DNA from: Candidatus Marinacidobacterales bacterium
GTDB lineage: Bacteria > Acidobacteriota > Vicinamibacteria > Marinacidobacterales > SMYC01
Assembly (NCBI GenBank): GCA_965224085.1
Contig: CBDCYI010000011.1
Coordinates: forward strand, 1,543,639 to 1,607,638
DNA length: 64,000 nt
Reading direction: 5' to 3'
How positions within the stretch are numbered: position 1 is the first letter of the stretch; the number at the start of each line of letters is the position of its first letter. Below, piece by piece: positions 16,252 to 25,501 of this stretch. The position numbers were made by a program, and so were the translations under genes. The notes under the pieces are model-generated. The model was given only the letters and a program-made list of their open reading frames with translations. It had not been told where the DNA came from and ran no database searches.

Positions 16252-18771
16252 TCACTCCTGTGTTAACTCGGCGGCACGAGGCACGACGACAACGTTAACG
16301 AGACGATTCGGCACGATGACCACTCGTTTGACTTCCATCCCGTTCACAAGCCCTTGGATCTTTTCGTCCTCGAGAGCGAGCCGCCTGACCTCGTCTTCTT
16401 CATGATTGGCGGAAAGCGTCAGCCGGCTGCGCACTTTGCCGTTGACTTGGACGACGAGCGTGATGGTCTCCTCGGCGGCGACGTCTCGATCATAGACCGG
16501 CCAGGTCGCCGACATGAGGCCTTTTCGGTTTCCGAGGATCTGCCATATCTCTTCCGCCACATGGGGCGCAAAGGGGTTCAAGAGAAGAATCACGGTCTCT
16601 GTCGCTTCGCGGATCACTTTCCAGCTGTCCGAGCGATGGGGGTGCGGCTCGATCGACTTGTAGAGCTGGTTCACGAGCTCCATGATCGCCGCAATGGCGG
16701 TATTCAAGTGAAGCCGCTCTTCGATGTCGCGCGTCACCCGCATGATGGTCTGGTGCGTTTTGCGGCGAAGAGCCATCTCGCGCTCGTTCCACTCTTCGTT
16801 TCCTTCTATCGGCGACGCCGAGCTCAGCGCGTCTTTCTCGTTCTCGACGAAACGCCACACCCTTTGGAGAAATCGTGAGGGTCCCTCCAGGCGCTGATCG
16901 GTCCAGTTGACTTCTTTTTCCGGAGGCGCCTCGAAGAGCATATAGAGCCTCACCGCGTCGGCCCCGTATTTGTCGATGAACGTGTTCGGGTCGACGACGT
17001 TGCCTTTGTTCTTCGACATCTTCGCGCCGTCTTTGATAACCATGCCTTGTGAGAGTTGGGTCACGACCGGCTCGTCGATCTCGACCAGGTCGAGGTCGCG
17101 CATCATCTTCGTCCAGAAACGGCAATAAATTAGGTGCAGGATCGCGTGCTCGATGCCTCCGATATAGAGATCGATGGGAAACCAATAGGCCACGGCTTCG
17201 GGGTGGAACGGCATGTCTTCGTTCTTCGGATCGACATAGCGATAAAAGTACCACGACGAGTCCACGAAAGTATCCATCGTGTCAGTCTCACGCCGCGCTA
17301 CACCGCCACATTCGGGACAGCTCGTGTTCACGAAATCTTCGTTCTCGGCGAGGGCCGATCCCCCCTTGCCCGTGATCTTGACGTCGCGCGGGAGCACAAT
17401 CGGGAGATCGGCTTCCGGAACCGGCACCACGCCGCAATGACTGCAATAGATCATTGGAATCGGAGTCCCCCAGTAGCGTTGGCGGGAGATACCCCAATCA
17501 CGAATTTTGTACCTGATGGCCGCTTTGCCGAAGCCGGTTTTTTCCGCATGCGTCGTCATCGCCGTGATGGCTTCTTCGGAAGGCAGTCCGGTGAACTCGC
17601 CCGAGTCCACGACGGTTCCGTAATCTGAGAAGGCCGTCTCGAAAGCGTCGGTGTCGACCTCGTCACCTGCACGGGGCTCACGTGGCGCCGATTGGATTAC
17701 GGGACGGATCATCAGCCCGTACTTCTTCGCAAAAGCGAAATCGCGTTCATCATGTGCTGGCACCGCCATGACCGCACCGGTGCCGTAGTCCATTAGCACG
17801 TAATCCGCGACCCAGATTGGGACTGCCTCGCCGTTGAACGGATTGACGGCGTCGTGCCCGGTGGCCACGCCAGTCTTCTCTCGGTCTTCGGCCAAGCGGG
17901 TTTCTTTATCCTCGGACTTGGCTTTCTCGACGTAACTCGAGACTTCTGGATTCGTGGCGGCGAATCGCCCCGCTAGAGGATGCTCGGGTGCCAGCACGAC
18001 GAAGGTCGCGCCATAGATGGTGTCCACGCGTGTCGTAAAGACCCGGATAGGCTCCGAGCCATCCGGAGGCGCGAAGTTGATCTCGGCCCCTTCGGAGCGA
18101 CCGATCCAGTTTTTCTGGAGTGCGAGCACCTTGCCCGGCCAGCGATCCATGGACTCCATCGCGGTCAGAAGCTCGTCGGCGTAGACGGTGATCTTCAAGA
18201 ACCACTGCTCGAGCTCTTTTTGTACGACTTCAGCGTCGCAGCGCCAGCATCGCCCATCGATGACCTGCTCGTTCGCGAGAACGGTCTTATCGACTGGACA
18301 CCAGTTCACCGACGCCATCTTCCGATAGGCCAAGCCCTTCTTCCACATCTGGATGAAGAACCACTGATTGAAGCGGTAGTACTGAGGATCACAGGTTGCA
18401 AACTCACGCGACCAAGCGTATGAAAAACCCATCCGCTTCAGCTGGGTCGTCATGAGCTCGATATTTCTGAGCGTCCACTCCTCGGGATGTTTCTCGTTTT
18501 TGAGAGCCGCGTTCTCCGCGGGGAGCCCGAGCGCGTCCCAACCGATGGGGTGCAGCACATTGAACCCGCGCATCCGCTTGAACCGCGCGACCGCATCTCC
18601 AATCGAATAGTTGCGCACATGCCCCATGTGGATGTTCCCCGAAGGATAGGGGAGCATCTCCAAAACATAATACTTGGGGCGCTTCGGGTCCTCGCTAACC
18701 TCGAAAACCTTACTATCGAGCCACTTTGTCTGCCATTTCCGCTCGATACCCTCGAAATCGTAAGTCGTCAT
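16252..18771 (-). CDS. leuS: leucine--tRNA ligase
   Basis: 839 aa with HMGH and KMSKS class I motifs and a LeuRS editing domain. Confidence 0.95.
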   Translation of the reverse strand: MTTYDFEGIERKWQTKWLDSKVFEVSEDPKRPKYYVLEMLPYPSGNIHMGHVRNYSIGDAVARFKRMRGFNVLHPIGWDALGLPAENAALKNEKHPEEWTLRNIELMTTQLKRMGFSYAWSREFATCDPQYYRFNQWFFIQMWKKGLAYRKMASVNWCPVDKTVLANEQVIDGRCWRCDAEVVQKELEQWFLKITVYADELLTAMESMDRWPGKVLALQKNWIGRSEGAEINFAPPDGSEPIRVFTTRVDTIYGATFVVLAPEHPLAGRFAATNPEVSSYVEKAKSEDKETRLAEDREKTGVATGHDAVNPFNGEAVPIWVADYVLMDYGTGAVMAVPAHDERDFAFAKKYGLMIRPVIQSAPREPRAGDEVDTDAFETAFSDYGTVVDSGEFTGLPSEEAITAMTTHAEKTGFGKAAIRYKIRDWGISRQRYWGTPIPMIYCSHCGVVPVPEADLPIVLPRDVKITGKGGSALAENEDFVNTSCPECGGVARRETDTMDTFVDSSWYFYRYVDPKNEDMPFHPEAVAYWFPIDLYIGGIEHAILHLIYCRFWTKMMRDLDLVEIDEPVVTQLSQGMVIKDGAKMSKNKGNVVDPNTFIDKYGADAVRLYMLFEAPPEKEVNWTDQRLEGPSRFLQRVWRFVENEKDALSSASPIEGNEEWNEREMALRRKTHQTIMRVTRDIEERLHLNTAIAAIMELVNQLYKSIEPHPHRSDSWKVIREATETVILLLNPFAPHVAEEIWQILGNRKGLMSATWPVYDRDVAAEETITLVVQVNGKVRSRLTLSANHEEDEVRRLALEDEKIQGLVNGMEVKRVVIVPNRLVNVVVVPRAAELTQE

Positions 18772-19478
18772 CCTCTCCTCAAGAGCGATCTCAAACCCTG
18801 AATGTACAAACGACGCTCATGTTAGCACAGCGTCAACCTGCCTCTCTAAGCCGCGCCAAAAGCGTGGCGCAATCAGGCGAGCCTGCCCGCCGAAGCGCTG
18901 GCGATGGCAGGTGTCCTCCCTGAAGGACTCATTCCGCCGTGAAACGTCTCAGTTGGGAGACATCCGAGAACGCCCGCTCGACGCATCCCAACCTTATCTC
19001 CCAATAATGCTTACCCTTATACGCACCCAAAAGATTGGCATCCGTCCTGCTAGAACAAGTCGTAGATCGAGGCTCGGGCCCAGACTTCATCGCTGGCGCA
19101 TTCTTACCGGGGTCCGGGTCCTCGGTGAAGTCATCAAAGCGGACGGAGGTACTCGTGGGTTCTAGGACGATCGGCGAACAGCGTCCATCTCTAGCACCAT
19201 CGAGTGAAAACCAAAGTCTCCTCCGAGCTGAGAACGAGCTTTCAGTGAAGGTCGCGCTCGGAGTTTCCGACACACTTGCCTGCATCACGCCGAGAACGAT
19301 TCTCTGGCAAGATTCGGCAGGCGTGAGGAAACGCCGGCCCGACGAGGATGGGGCGATAGAATCATCGATGGCATCGGAGTCGGGCTTTCTAGCTTTGGCT
19401 TAGGCGGCGGCGAGTGTAGCCAAGGTGTTGGAACGCTTGCCCGATGGCACCGAGAGATCTCTGGCCCACGAAGGGAAG

Positions 19479-19511
19479 GGCGGTGGCCTTCGGGCCATCG
19501 CCTTTCTACTT
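19479..19511 (+). terminator. intrinsic-terminator-like hairpin (10-bp stem, UUCG loop, followed by UUUCUACUU); may act bidirectionally
   Basis: GGCGGUGGCC-UUCG-GGCCAUCGCC then UUUCUACUUCG on the plus strand. The complement lies directly after the TPR gene stop on the minus strand but lacks a U-tract. Confidence 0.45.
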
Positions 19512-19516
19512 CGTCA

Positions 19517-20668
19517 TCACGCTCCCTCCAAGCTCTCGATCGCATCGCGGATCACTTGAGCCTGCTGGTCGTCCATTGGAAGCTCTAGCGTTTGCTTGAG
19601 TACCGCGACCGCTTCATCCGGCCGCTCGAGCCGCTCGAGAAGCGCTGCAAGGTTCAAGAAAGCAGGAAGAGAGCTGGGGCTATTGCGGATGGCCGCCCGA
19701 TAGGCGCTCTCGGCACCCGCATCGTCCTCGAGAGCTTCCGAGACCACCGCGAGCGAGAACGACGCGCCTTCGAAATCCGGGTCGCGCTCGAGAAGCTCCA
19801 GGAGAGCCCCGCGCGCTCCGCTGTGATCCTCCGAGCTATGAAGAGCAATCGCGAGGTTGAAGGCCGCACCGTCATGCGGCTCGTCCCGTTCGACGAGCGG
19901 ACGCAGAAGCGTAATCGCCTCGACAACGCGCCGTTCGGCCAACCTCACGGCCCCCAAATTGAATGCGGCGTCCTCGTCCGACGGCCGCTGTTCGTAGGCC
20001 TGCTCGAACGCCGTAGCGGCCTCTGCTAGGTCGCCGAGACGGTACGAAAGGCCACCGAGTGCTAGCAGAATCTCGAAATTGTCGTGCGTGCCATGCGACG
20101 CGTGGCGCAAGTTCTCCCGCGCGAGCTCCGCCTCGCCGATTTTCTCGAGCCACTCCGCAAGCGCCAGGTTGGCTGCCAGGTGATCGCGATCGATCTCGAG
20201 AACGGTCCCGAAATGCTTCGCGGCCGCTTCCTCGTCACCCTCCTCCTTGACGATCAAGCCCATCACATAGTGCGCATCCACGAGCGCTTCGTCGCGCTCG
20301 AGCGCATTTTCGATACGCAGGCGGGCGGTCTCGAAGTTCCCCATCCGGAGGTAGGCGACGGCGGCCTGAACGAGCACTGTTGGCTCCTTGACGCGCGTCT
20401 CTCGCCGCAAACCCATCATACCGAGAGTCGATTCGAGCTCGCGCGCCGCTTCCTTCGGGCGCTCGACTTTGAGGTAAGCAAGCGCAAGGTGATAGCGATA
20501 GTCGGGAACGTCGCGGTCGAGCGCGGCGGCCTGGGAAAGAAGCTCGACCGCCTGGTCGTAATCGCCGGCGTTGTAACGTTCGACGCCCTCCGCGTAGAGC
20601 TCACCCGCACGATCTTCTTGTACGCCGCTCAGCGCGAGAGCGAACAAGAGGAAGAGGCTCAAGGACAT
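19517..20668 (-). CDS. tetratricopeptide-repeat protein, secreted
   Basis: Signal peptide followed by multiple TPR units (AxxYxxxGxYxxA patterns). Confidence 0.75.
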   Translation of the reverse strand: MSLSLFLLFALALSGVQEDRAGELYAEGVERYNAGDYDQAVELLSQAAALDRDVPDYRYHLALAYLKVERPKEAARELESTLGMMGLRRETRVKEPTVLVQAAVAYLRMGNFETARLRIENALERDEALVDAHYVMGLIVKEEGDEEAAAKHFGTVLEIDRDHLAANLALAEWLEKIGEAELARENLRHASHGTHDNFEILLALGGLSYRLGDLAEAATAFEQAYEQRPSDEDAAFNLGAVRLAERRVVEAITLLRPLVERDEPHDGAAFNLAIALHSSEDHSGARGALLELLERDPDFEGASFSLAVVSEALEDDAGAESAYRAAIRNSPSSLPAFLNLAALLERLERPDEAVAVLKQTLELPMDDQQAQVIRDAIESLEGA

Positions 20669-20728
20669 GTTTTCAATATAGCGTGAACCAGCATTCAGGA
20701 TTCAGGTTCCAGGATGACATCGCGCCGT

Positions 20729-21817
20729 TCACGGTCTCCTTTGGGGTTTATGGGGTTTGATGGGGTCTAATTTGGTTAGGACTTTGCGAACCATTGACGA
20801 AGCAGGTAGGTTGAGAAGTTGTTTGGGGGTTACCCACCTTTTCTTGCGGCACCCTGTTCGGGGACGGTTCGCGAGCTTGGCGGCATAGGCACGGAGGTCG
20901 ATGCGGCGGTTCATGATGCTGTGCTTCACTTTGGCGAGCTCTTGACCCGGTGTCAGGTCCAGTCCATATTTTTCCTGAGCCTCACGGGCGAGGGCGGCGC
21001 GCGGGTCTTCTCCGTCGCGGCATTCCGCTTCCGGGAGCTCCCACATGTTTTTCATGAGCTCCACGCCCTCTCGTCGATAGACCAGTAACTTTCCTTTCTC
21101 CTCGATAACGGCGGCGGCGAGCGTCACGCGGACGCTTTTTGGGAGGGGCGGAAGCTCGGGTAGCGTTTGCTCGAGTCCCAGACGCTTTGCGGCGCACGCG
21201 TCGCGCAATGGACAGGTGAGACAGCGTGGATTTCTCGGCGTGCAAACAAGAGCGCCGAGCTCCATCAGAGCTTGATTGAATTCCGAGATCGAGTGCTCGG
21301 GTAGGATCTCCGTCGCGAGCTCCCACAAGTTCCGCTTGCTCTCCCCTTTTCTCGGATTCCCTCGCACTTCGAACACACGCGACAAAACGCGCGCCGCGTT
21401 CCCGTCCAGAATCGGCGCCCGCACACCGAAAGCGATAGAAACGATGGCGCCCGCCGTATAGCGACCCACACCTGGCAGCCGCAGCCAGCCGGCCACGTCT
21501 TCCGGAAAGCGACCGTCGAGCTCGAAGGCGATCGTCTTCGCGGCGGCGTGGAACGCGCGCGCTCTTCGGTAATAGCCCAGTCCCGACCACAGGGCGAGAA
21601 CTTCCTGCTCGGTTGCGTTCGCGACCGCGTCGACGTCGGGCAAATGCTCGATGAAACGTTCAAAATAGGGGATCACCGTTTGTACCTGGGTCTGCTGGAG
21701 CATCGACTCCGAGAGCCAAACCCGGTACGGATCCAGATGGTCACGCCACGGAAGCCTCCGCTGGTGGCGTCCATACCAGCGCAAGAGTCCCAAAAAACGC
21801 GCCCGAACCGCTTTCAC
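20729..21817 (-). CDS. mutY: A/G-specific adenine DNA glycosylase
   Basis: LPWR...WLSESMLQQTQVQTVIPYFERF, HhH-GPD, 4Fe-4S Cys cluster (CLTCPLRDAC), and a C-terminal NUDIX-like domain. Confidence 0.9.
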   Translation of the reverse strand: MKAVRARFLGLLRWYGRHQRRLPWRDHLDPYRVWLSESMLQQTQVQTVIPYFERFIEHLPDVDAVANATEQEVLALWSGLGYYRRARAFHAAAKTIAFELDGRFPEDVAGWLRLPGVGRYTAGAIVSIAFGVRAPILDGNAARVLSRVFEVRGNPRKGESKRNLWELATEILPEHSISEFNQALMELGALVCTPRNPRCLTCPLRDACAAKRLGLEQTLPELPPLPKSVRVTLAAAVIEEKGKLLVYRREGVELMKNMWELPEAECRDGEDPRAALAREAQEKYGLDLTPGQELAKVKHSIMNRRIDLRAYAAKLANRPRTGCRKKRWVTPKQLLNLPASSMVRKVLTKLDPIKPHKPQRRP

Positions 21818-21883
21818 GGGCGCATGGTATCAGGATCAGCGTTTGCATTCGGTTCCGGGCCGGAGCTATTCTGGGGCACGATC

Positions 21884-22813
21884 ATGAGTCAGATGCAGCT
21901 GGGCGAGCGCTATGTGGACCTTGGAGTCAAGGCCATCGACCAGGATGATCTCAAAAAGGCGCTCCGCCACCTGAATCGCGCGCTATCCCTGAACCCTCAA
22001 TCCTACCTCGCGTACTACAACCGGGGCGTCGTCTACGATCTGCTGGGGCGCCTGGAAGACGCTTTAGCCGACTATGAGCGGGCTCTGGGGGTCCAACCGA
22101 ACCATCTAGCATCGCTCCATAATCGGGCAGTGATCCTTCGCGAATTGGGCCAGCCCGACGCCGCCATCAAGGGCTTCGACGAGGTCCTGCGCTTCGAGCC
22201 GGACGGCAGCGACGTGCTCTACAATCGCGGGGCCGCCCTCGCGGATTTGAAGCGCTGGCCGGAGGCCGTGCGCGATTTCGACCGCGCCATCGCCGCGGCT
22301 CCCGACAAGATCGATGCCCGTATCGCCAAAGGCAATGCCTGTCTGGAGCTTAGCAAGATTGATGAAGCGATCGCCGTCGGCGACGACTTGATCGCGATGG
22401 AATCGGGCTCGGTCGAAGGGCACGTGCTCAAAGGTCTCGCGCGTTTCGACGCGGGGGAACAAGAGCTTGCGATCGGCGAGTTCACCGAAGCGCTCGAGAC
22501 GACGCCCGATGACCACGGCGCTCTTCTTCAACGCGGCATCGTCTTTCTCCACCTCGGCCGCAACGAAAAAGCTATCGAGGACCTCAAACACGCGCTGAAG
22601 AATCATCCGGATTGCGACGAAGCTTTCTACCACCTCGCGATTGCTTACGCGCAGCTCGGCCAGCCGGATGCCGCGATTGATGCCCTGCAAACGGCCATCG
22701 ATATCGACCCGCCGCGGCGCGCCGAAGCTCAAAAAGCTGCGGAGTTCGAGCCGCTACGGGCGGAGCCCCGGTTCAAAGCGGTGGTCGCGGGCAAGCGTGG
22801 GCGACGCAGTTGA
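21884..22813 (+). CDS. tetratricopeptide-repeat protein
   Basis: Nine or more TPR repeats. Start taken at MSQMQLGERY; the longer ORF start overlaps mutY antisense. Confidence 0.7.
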   Translation: MSQMQLGERYVDLGVKAIDQDDLKKALRHLNRALSLNPQSYLAYYNRGVVYDLLGRLEDALADYERALGVQPNHLASLHNRAVILRELGQPDAAIKGFDEVLRFEPDGSDVLYNRGAALADLKRWPEAVRDFDRAIAAAPDKIDARIAKGNACLELSKIDEAIAVGDDLIAMESGSVEGHVLKGLARFDAGEQELAIGEFTEALETTPDDHGALLQRGIVFLHLGRNEKAIEDLKHALKNHPDCDEAFYHLAIAYAQLGQPDAAIDALQTAIDIDPPRRAEAQKAAEFEPLRAEPRFKAVVAGKRGRRS

Positions 22814-22830
22814 GCTCACAACGGACCGAA

Positions 22831-23838
22831 CTACCCCGCTAGTAGTTGTTTGGCTAGGCGCTGGTAGTATTTTATGGCGTTTTGAGCTTCCTTCTTGCCT
22901 ATTTTCTCGGCGTTGGTGTGGGCGTCGTGGATCGAGCCTGGGCCTAGCAGAAGTGGTTTTCCTAGGTTGGTTAGGGCGGGGATGTCGGTTCCGAATGACA
23001 CGGGGGCGAGCTCGAAGCCCTCAACGGTTTTGCACGTTACGGCGTCGGAGCTTGCGATCACCTTGTAGGTTAGCTTGGGGTGTTTCGTCAGGATCTTGTC
23101 TAGTTTTTCCTTGACGTCGTTCACGTTGCCTACGACTCGGATGAATACTTCGGATTCGGCCTCGGGGGCGAATACGTTGGCGGCCAGGCCGCCTTTGATC
23201 GTACCGATGTTGGTCGTGGCTGCGCCCATCAGGTCGCTCTTGCCCCAGTCTTCGGCGCGTATGTCGGTAAGCGCGTCGAGCAAATAGGCGATGGCGGATT
23301 CTCCCAGCTGCGGGTAGGCGGAGTGGGCGGCTTTGCCACTCGCCGTAAGAAGGAACTTGAAGCCACCCTTATGGCCGCTCGCCATACGGTTCTCGGTGGG
23401 CTCGCCGACCACGACGTGCTCGCTCGTCCAATCGCCCTCGTTGGCGGCCAAGGCGCCGGCGCTATCGACTTCTTCGCCGACGACGAAAAGCATTCCAATC
23501 TCCCGGTGGCCCTCGTCGCGGAGAGCCACCGTGGCGAGCACCATGCAAGCAAGGATCCCCTTGGCGTCGCAGGAACCACGGCCATAGATGTACTCGTCGT
23601 CCTCGGAGCTCTCGTAGAACGGGGGTACGGTATCGATGTGCGTGTTGAAGATGAGCCGCGGGACCGCGCCATCGTTGACCGCATAGACGTTGAAGCGGTC
23701 CGCACCGACCTCATGTAGACGCACCGAGAAGCTGCGACTCGTTAGATCCTTTTCCAGAAAACGTGCGACGTCGCCTTCATCGCCCGAGACAGACGGTATG
23801 TCGACGAGACGCCTGATATATGCATTGAGCTCGCTCAT
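22831..23838 (-). CDS. M20-family metallopeptidase/deacylase (ArgE/DapE-like)
   Basis: HIDTVP, GRGSCDAKG, VVGEE and a dimerisation domain. Confidence 0.8.
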   Translation of the reverse strand: MSELNAYIRRLVDIPSVSGDEGDVARFLEKDLTSRSFSVRLHEVGADRFNVYAVNDGAVPRLIFNTHIDTVPPFYESSEDDEYIYGRGSCDAKGILACMVLATVALRDEGHREIGMLFVVGEEVDSAGALAANEGDWTSEHVVVGEPTENRMASGHKGGFKFLLTASGKAAHSAYPQLGESAIAYLLDALTDIRAEDWGKSDLMGAATTNIGTIKGGLAANVFAPEAESEVFIRVVGNVNDVKEKLDKILTKHPKLTYKVIASSDAVTCKTVEGFELAPVSFGTDIPALTNLGKPLLLGPGSIHDAHTNAEKIGKKEAQNAIKYYQRLAKQLLAG

Positions 23839-24191
23839 TTTCGCTTCTTTTTGGCCTTTGATGCGAGCATGATGCTCCGTCCCTCCGGATCGGTAGTTGT
23901 GACGACGCGGTCACCCCACGGCATTTCCACGGGCGGCCCGGCAAATGCCGCGCCTTTCGCGATGAGCTGAGCATAGGCGTAGTCGACATCCTTGACCTCG
24001 AAATACAAAGTCGGCTCGCGAGGCTGCGGTGGCTCACCCAGCATATCTGGATGCGGGGGCATGAAACCCATCGTGGAGTGGGGTGACGTCCTCACGAGAA
24101 GATAGTTCAAGCCTTCTTCATCACTCGTCTCCGTCGAAAGCTCCAGAATCCCGTCGTAAAACTTCCGGAGCTGGTCGACTTTATAGGTCAT
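23835..24191 (-). CDS. VOC (glyoxalase/bleomycin-resistance) family protein
   Basis: 118 aa, VOC-like fold with a basic KKKRK tail. The stop overlaps the next gene start by 4 nt. Confidence 0.6.
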   Translation of the reverse strand: MTYKVDQLRKFYDGILELSTETSDEEGLNYLLVRTSPHSTMGFMPPHPDMLGEPPQPREPTLYFEVKDVDYAYAQLIAKGAAFAGPPVEMPWGDRVVTTTDPEGRSIMLASKAKKKRK

Positions 24192-24360
24192 GAAATCGAT
24201 ATGCTGCGACGCGATCGCAAGTCCACTGGCTCGCGGTCGTTTCGTTGTTTTCTTGGCCGTTGTTTTTTGCAGCTTTTTTCAGCGCCGGCTTGGCTTTTTT
24301 CTTCGTCTTCTTGGCCACGGTCTTTTTGGCGGCCGTCTTCTTTTGGGCCTTTTTAACCAT
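24181..24360 (-). CDS. small Lys/Ala-rich basic protein (histone H1-like / Hc1-like), 58 aa
   Basis: Manual translation gives MVKKAQKKTAAKKTVAKKTKKKAKPALKKAAKNNGQENNETTASQWTCDRVAAYRFHDL*. The ATG lies 10 nt after the HDAC stop, with GGAAG about 7 nt upstream. It was absent from the ORF track because it is under 60 aa. Confidence 0.55.
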   Translation of the reverse strand: MVKKAQKKTAAKKTVAKKTKKKAKPALKKAAKNNGQENNETTASQWTCDRVAAYRFHDL

Positions 24361-24370
24361 GGTTCACTTC

Positions 24371-25408
24371 CTAGCTCTCACGGAGACTCGACCAATAGGC
24401 TCCGTGCGCCTGGCGCACCTCACTAACGAGCTCCTGGGCCGCCTTTCCGAAATCCGCAGCCTCCGGCGTCTGCTCGCCGGTCATGACCGCGAGCGTAGAG
24501 ACGATAGACTTCTCGAGCGCGTGTAGGTCATAACCACCTTCGAGCGCGAACACGACCTTCCCCTCACAGGTGCTCCTCGCGAGCCGTAGAATCTCTTGCG
24601 TGATGCCGGCATAGCCATCGCGTGTGAGATTCATGCCGCCGAGCGGGTCGTCTCGATGTGCGTCGAAGCCCGCCGAGACGAGGACGAGCTCGGGCGCAAA
24701 CTCGAGTCCGACGGGAACCACGACATCGCGAAAGACTCGCAGAAATTCCGGATCTCCCATCCCGGGTGGCATCGGTACGTTGAGCGTGAATCCCTCGCCT
24801 TCCTCTTTGCCGATCTCGGTCAAGTCGCCCGTGCCGGGATAGTGCCCCGACTGGTGGGTCGACACAAAGAGGACTTCGGGTGATGTATAAAACACTTTTT
24901 GCGTCCCGTTTCCGTGGTGGACGTCGAAATCCAGGATCAAGATCCTCTTGACCTGATATCGTTTCTGCGCGTATTGGGCTGCGATGGCAACGTTGTTGAA
25001 AACGCAAAAGCCCATGGATTTGTCCGGCTTCGCGTGATGTCCGGGCGGCCGAGGAAAGGCGAAAGCGTTCGTGACCTTCCCGTCCATGACCGCCTCGGTC
25101 GCCGTCAATACAGAGCCCGCAGCGAGGTGTGCCACATCTGCCGTGTCCGGAGATGTGACCGTATCCGAGTCCAAATGGGTCCGTTTCTGTCCCGCGGATT
25201 CGAGGACCTCTTCATATAAGCGGTCCCAATGCACGAGCAGTATTTCTTCCCGCTCCGCGATACGCAGCGGGAGTGCTTTGATTTTCTCTGCCAGCGAGGG
25301 ATCGCGAAGAGCACGGGCGACCGCATCGACACGAGCTACCGAGTCGGGGTGGCCTCTTCCACTATCGTGCTTCTTGAAATCTTCGGTGAAAATGACGCCT
25401 GTCCTCAT
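24371..25408 (-). CDS. histone-deacetylase-family (class II HDAC / acetoin-utilisation AcuC / acetylpolyamine amidohydrolase-like) enzyme
   Basis: PPGHHA, DFDVHHGNGTQ and GGYD motifs of the HDAC/arginase-fold deacetylase family. Confidence 0.85.
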   Translation of the reverse strand: MRTGVIFTEDFKKHDSGRGHPDSVARVDAVARALRDPSLAEKIKALPLRIAEREEILLVHWDRLYEEVLESAGQKRTHLDSDTVTSPDTADVAHLAAGSVLTATEAVMDGKVTNAFAFPRPPGHHAKPDKSMGFCVFNNVAIAAQYAQKRYQVKRILILDFDVHHGNGTQKVFYTSPEVLFVSTHQSGHYPGTGDLTEIGKEEGEGFTLNVPMPPGMGDPEFLRVFRDVVVPVGLEFAPELVLVSAGFDAHRDDPLGGMNLTRDGYAGITQEILRLARSTCEGKVVFALEGGYDLHALEKSIVSTLAVMTGEQTPEAADFGKAAQELVSEVRQAHGAYWSSLRES

Positions 25409-25501
25409 CCTCTCACCTCTTGACGGTCTTTGCAGCCTTTACGCGCGCATTTGACCGCATGCGTGTTCCGAGCTCGATAGTGGTGACGACAGTGCTTCAA
25501 T

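Noticed and set aside
18772-19516. RNase P RNA, tmRNA or SRP RNA in the unassigned region
   Set aside because: None of the signature motifs was found on either strand (GGAAAGUCCGG / AGGGCAGG...GUGAAA, the tmRNA tag-template/3' CCA stem, SRP GGAAGCAG).
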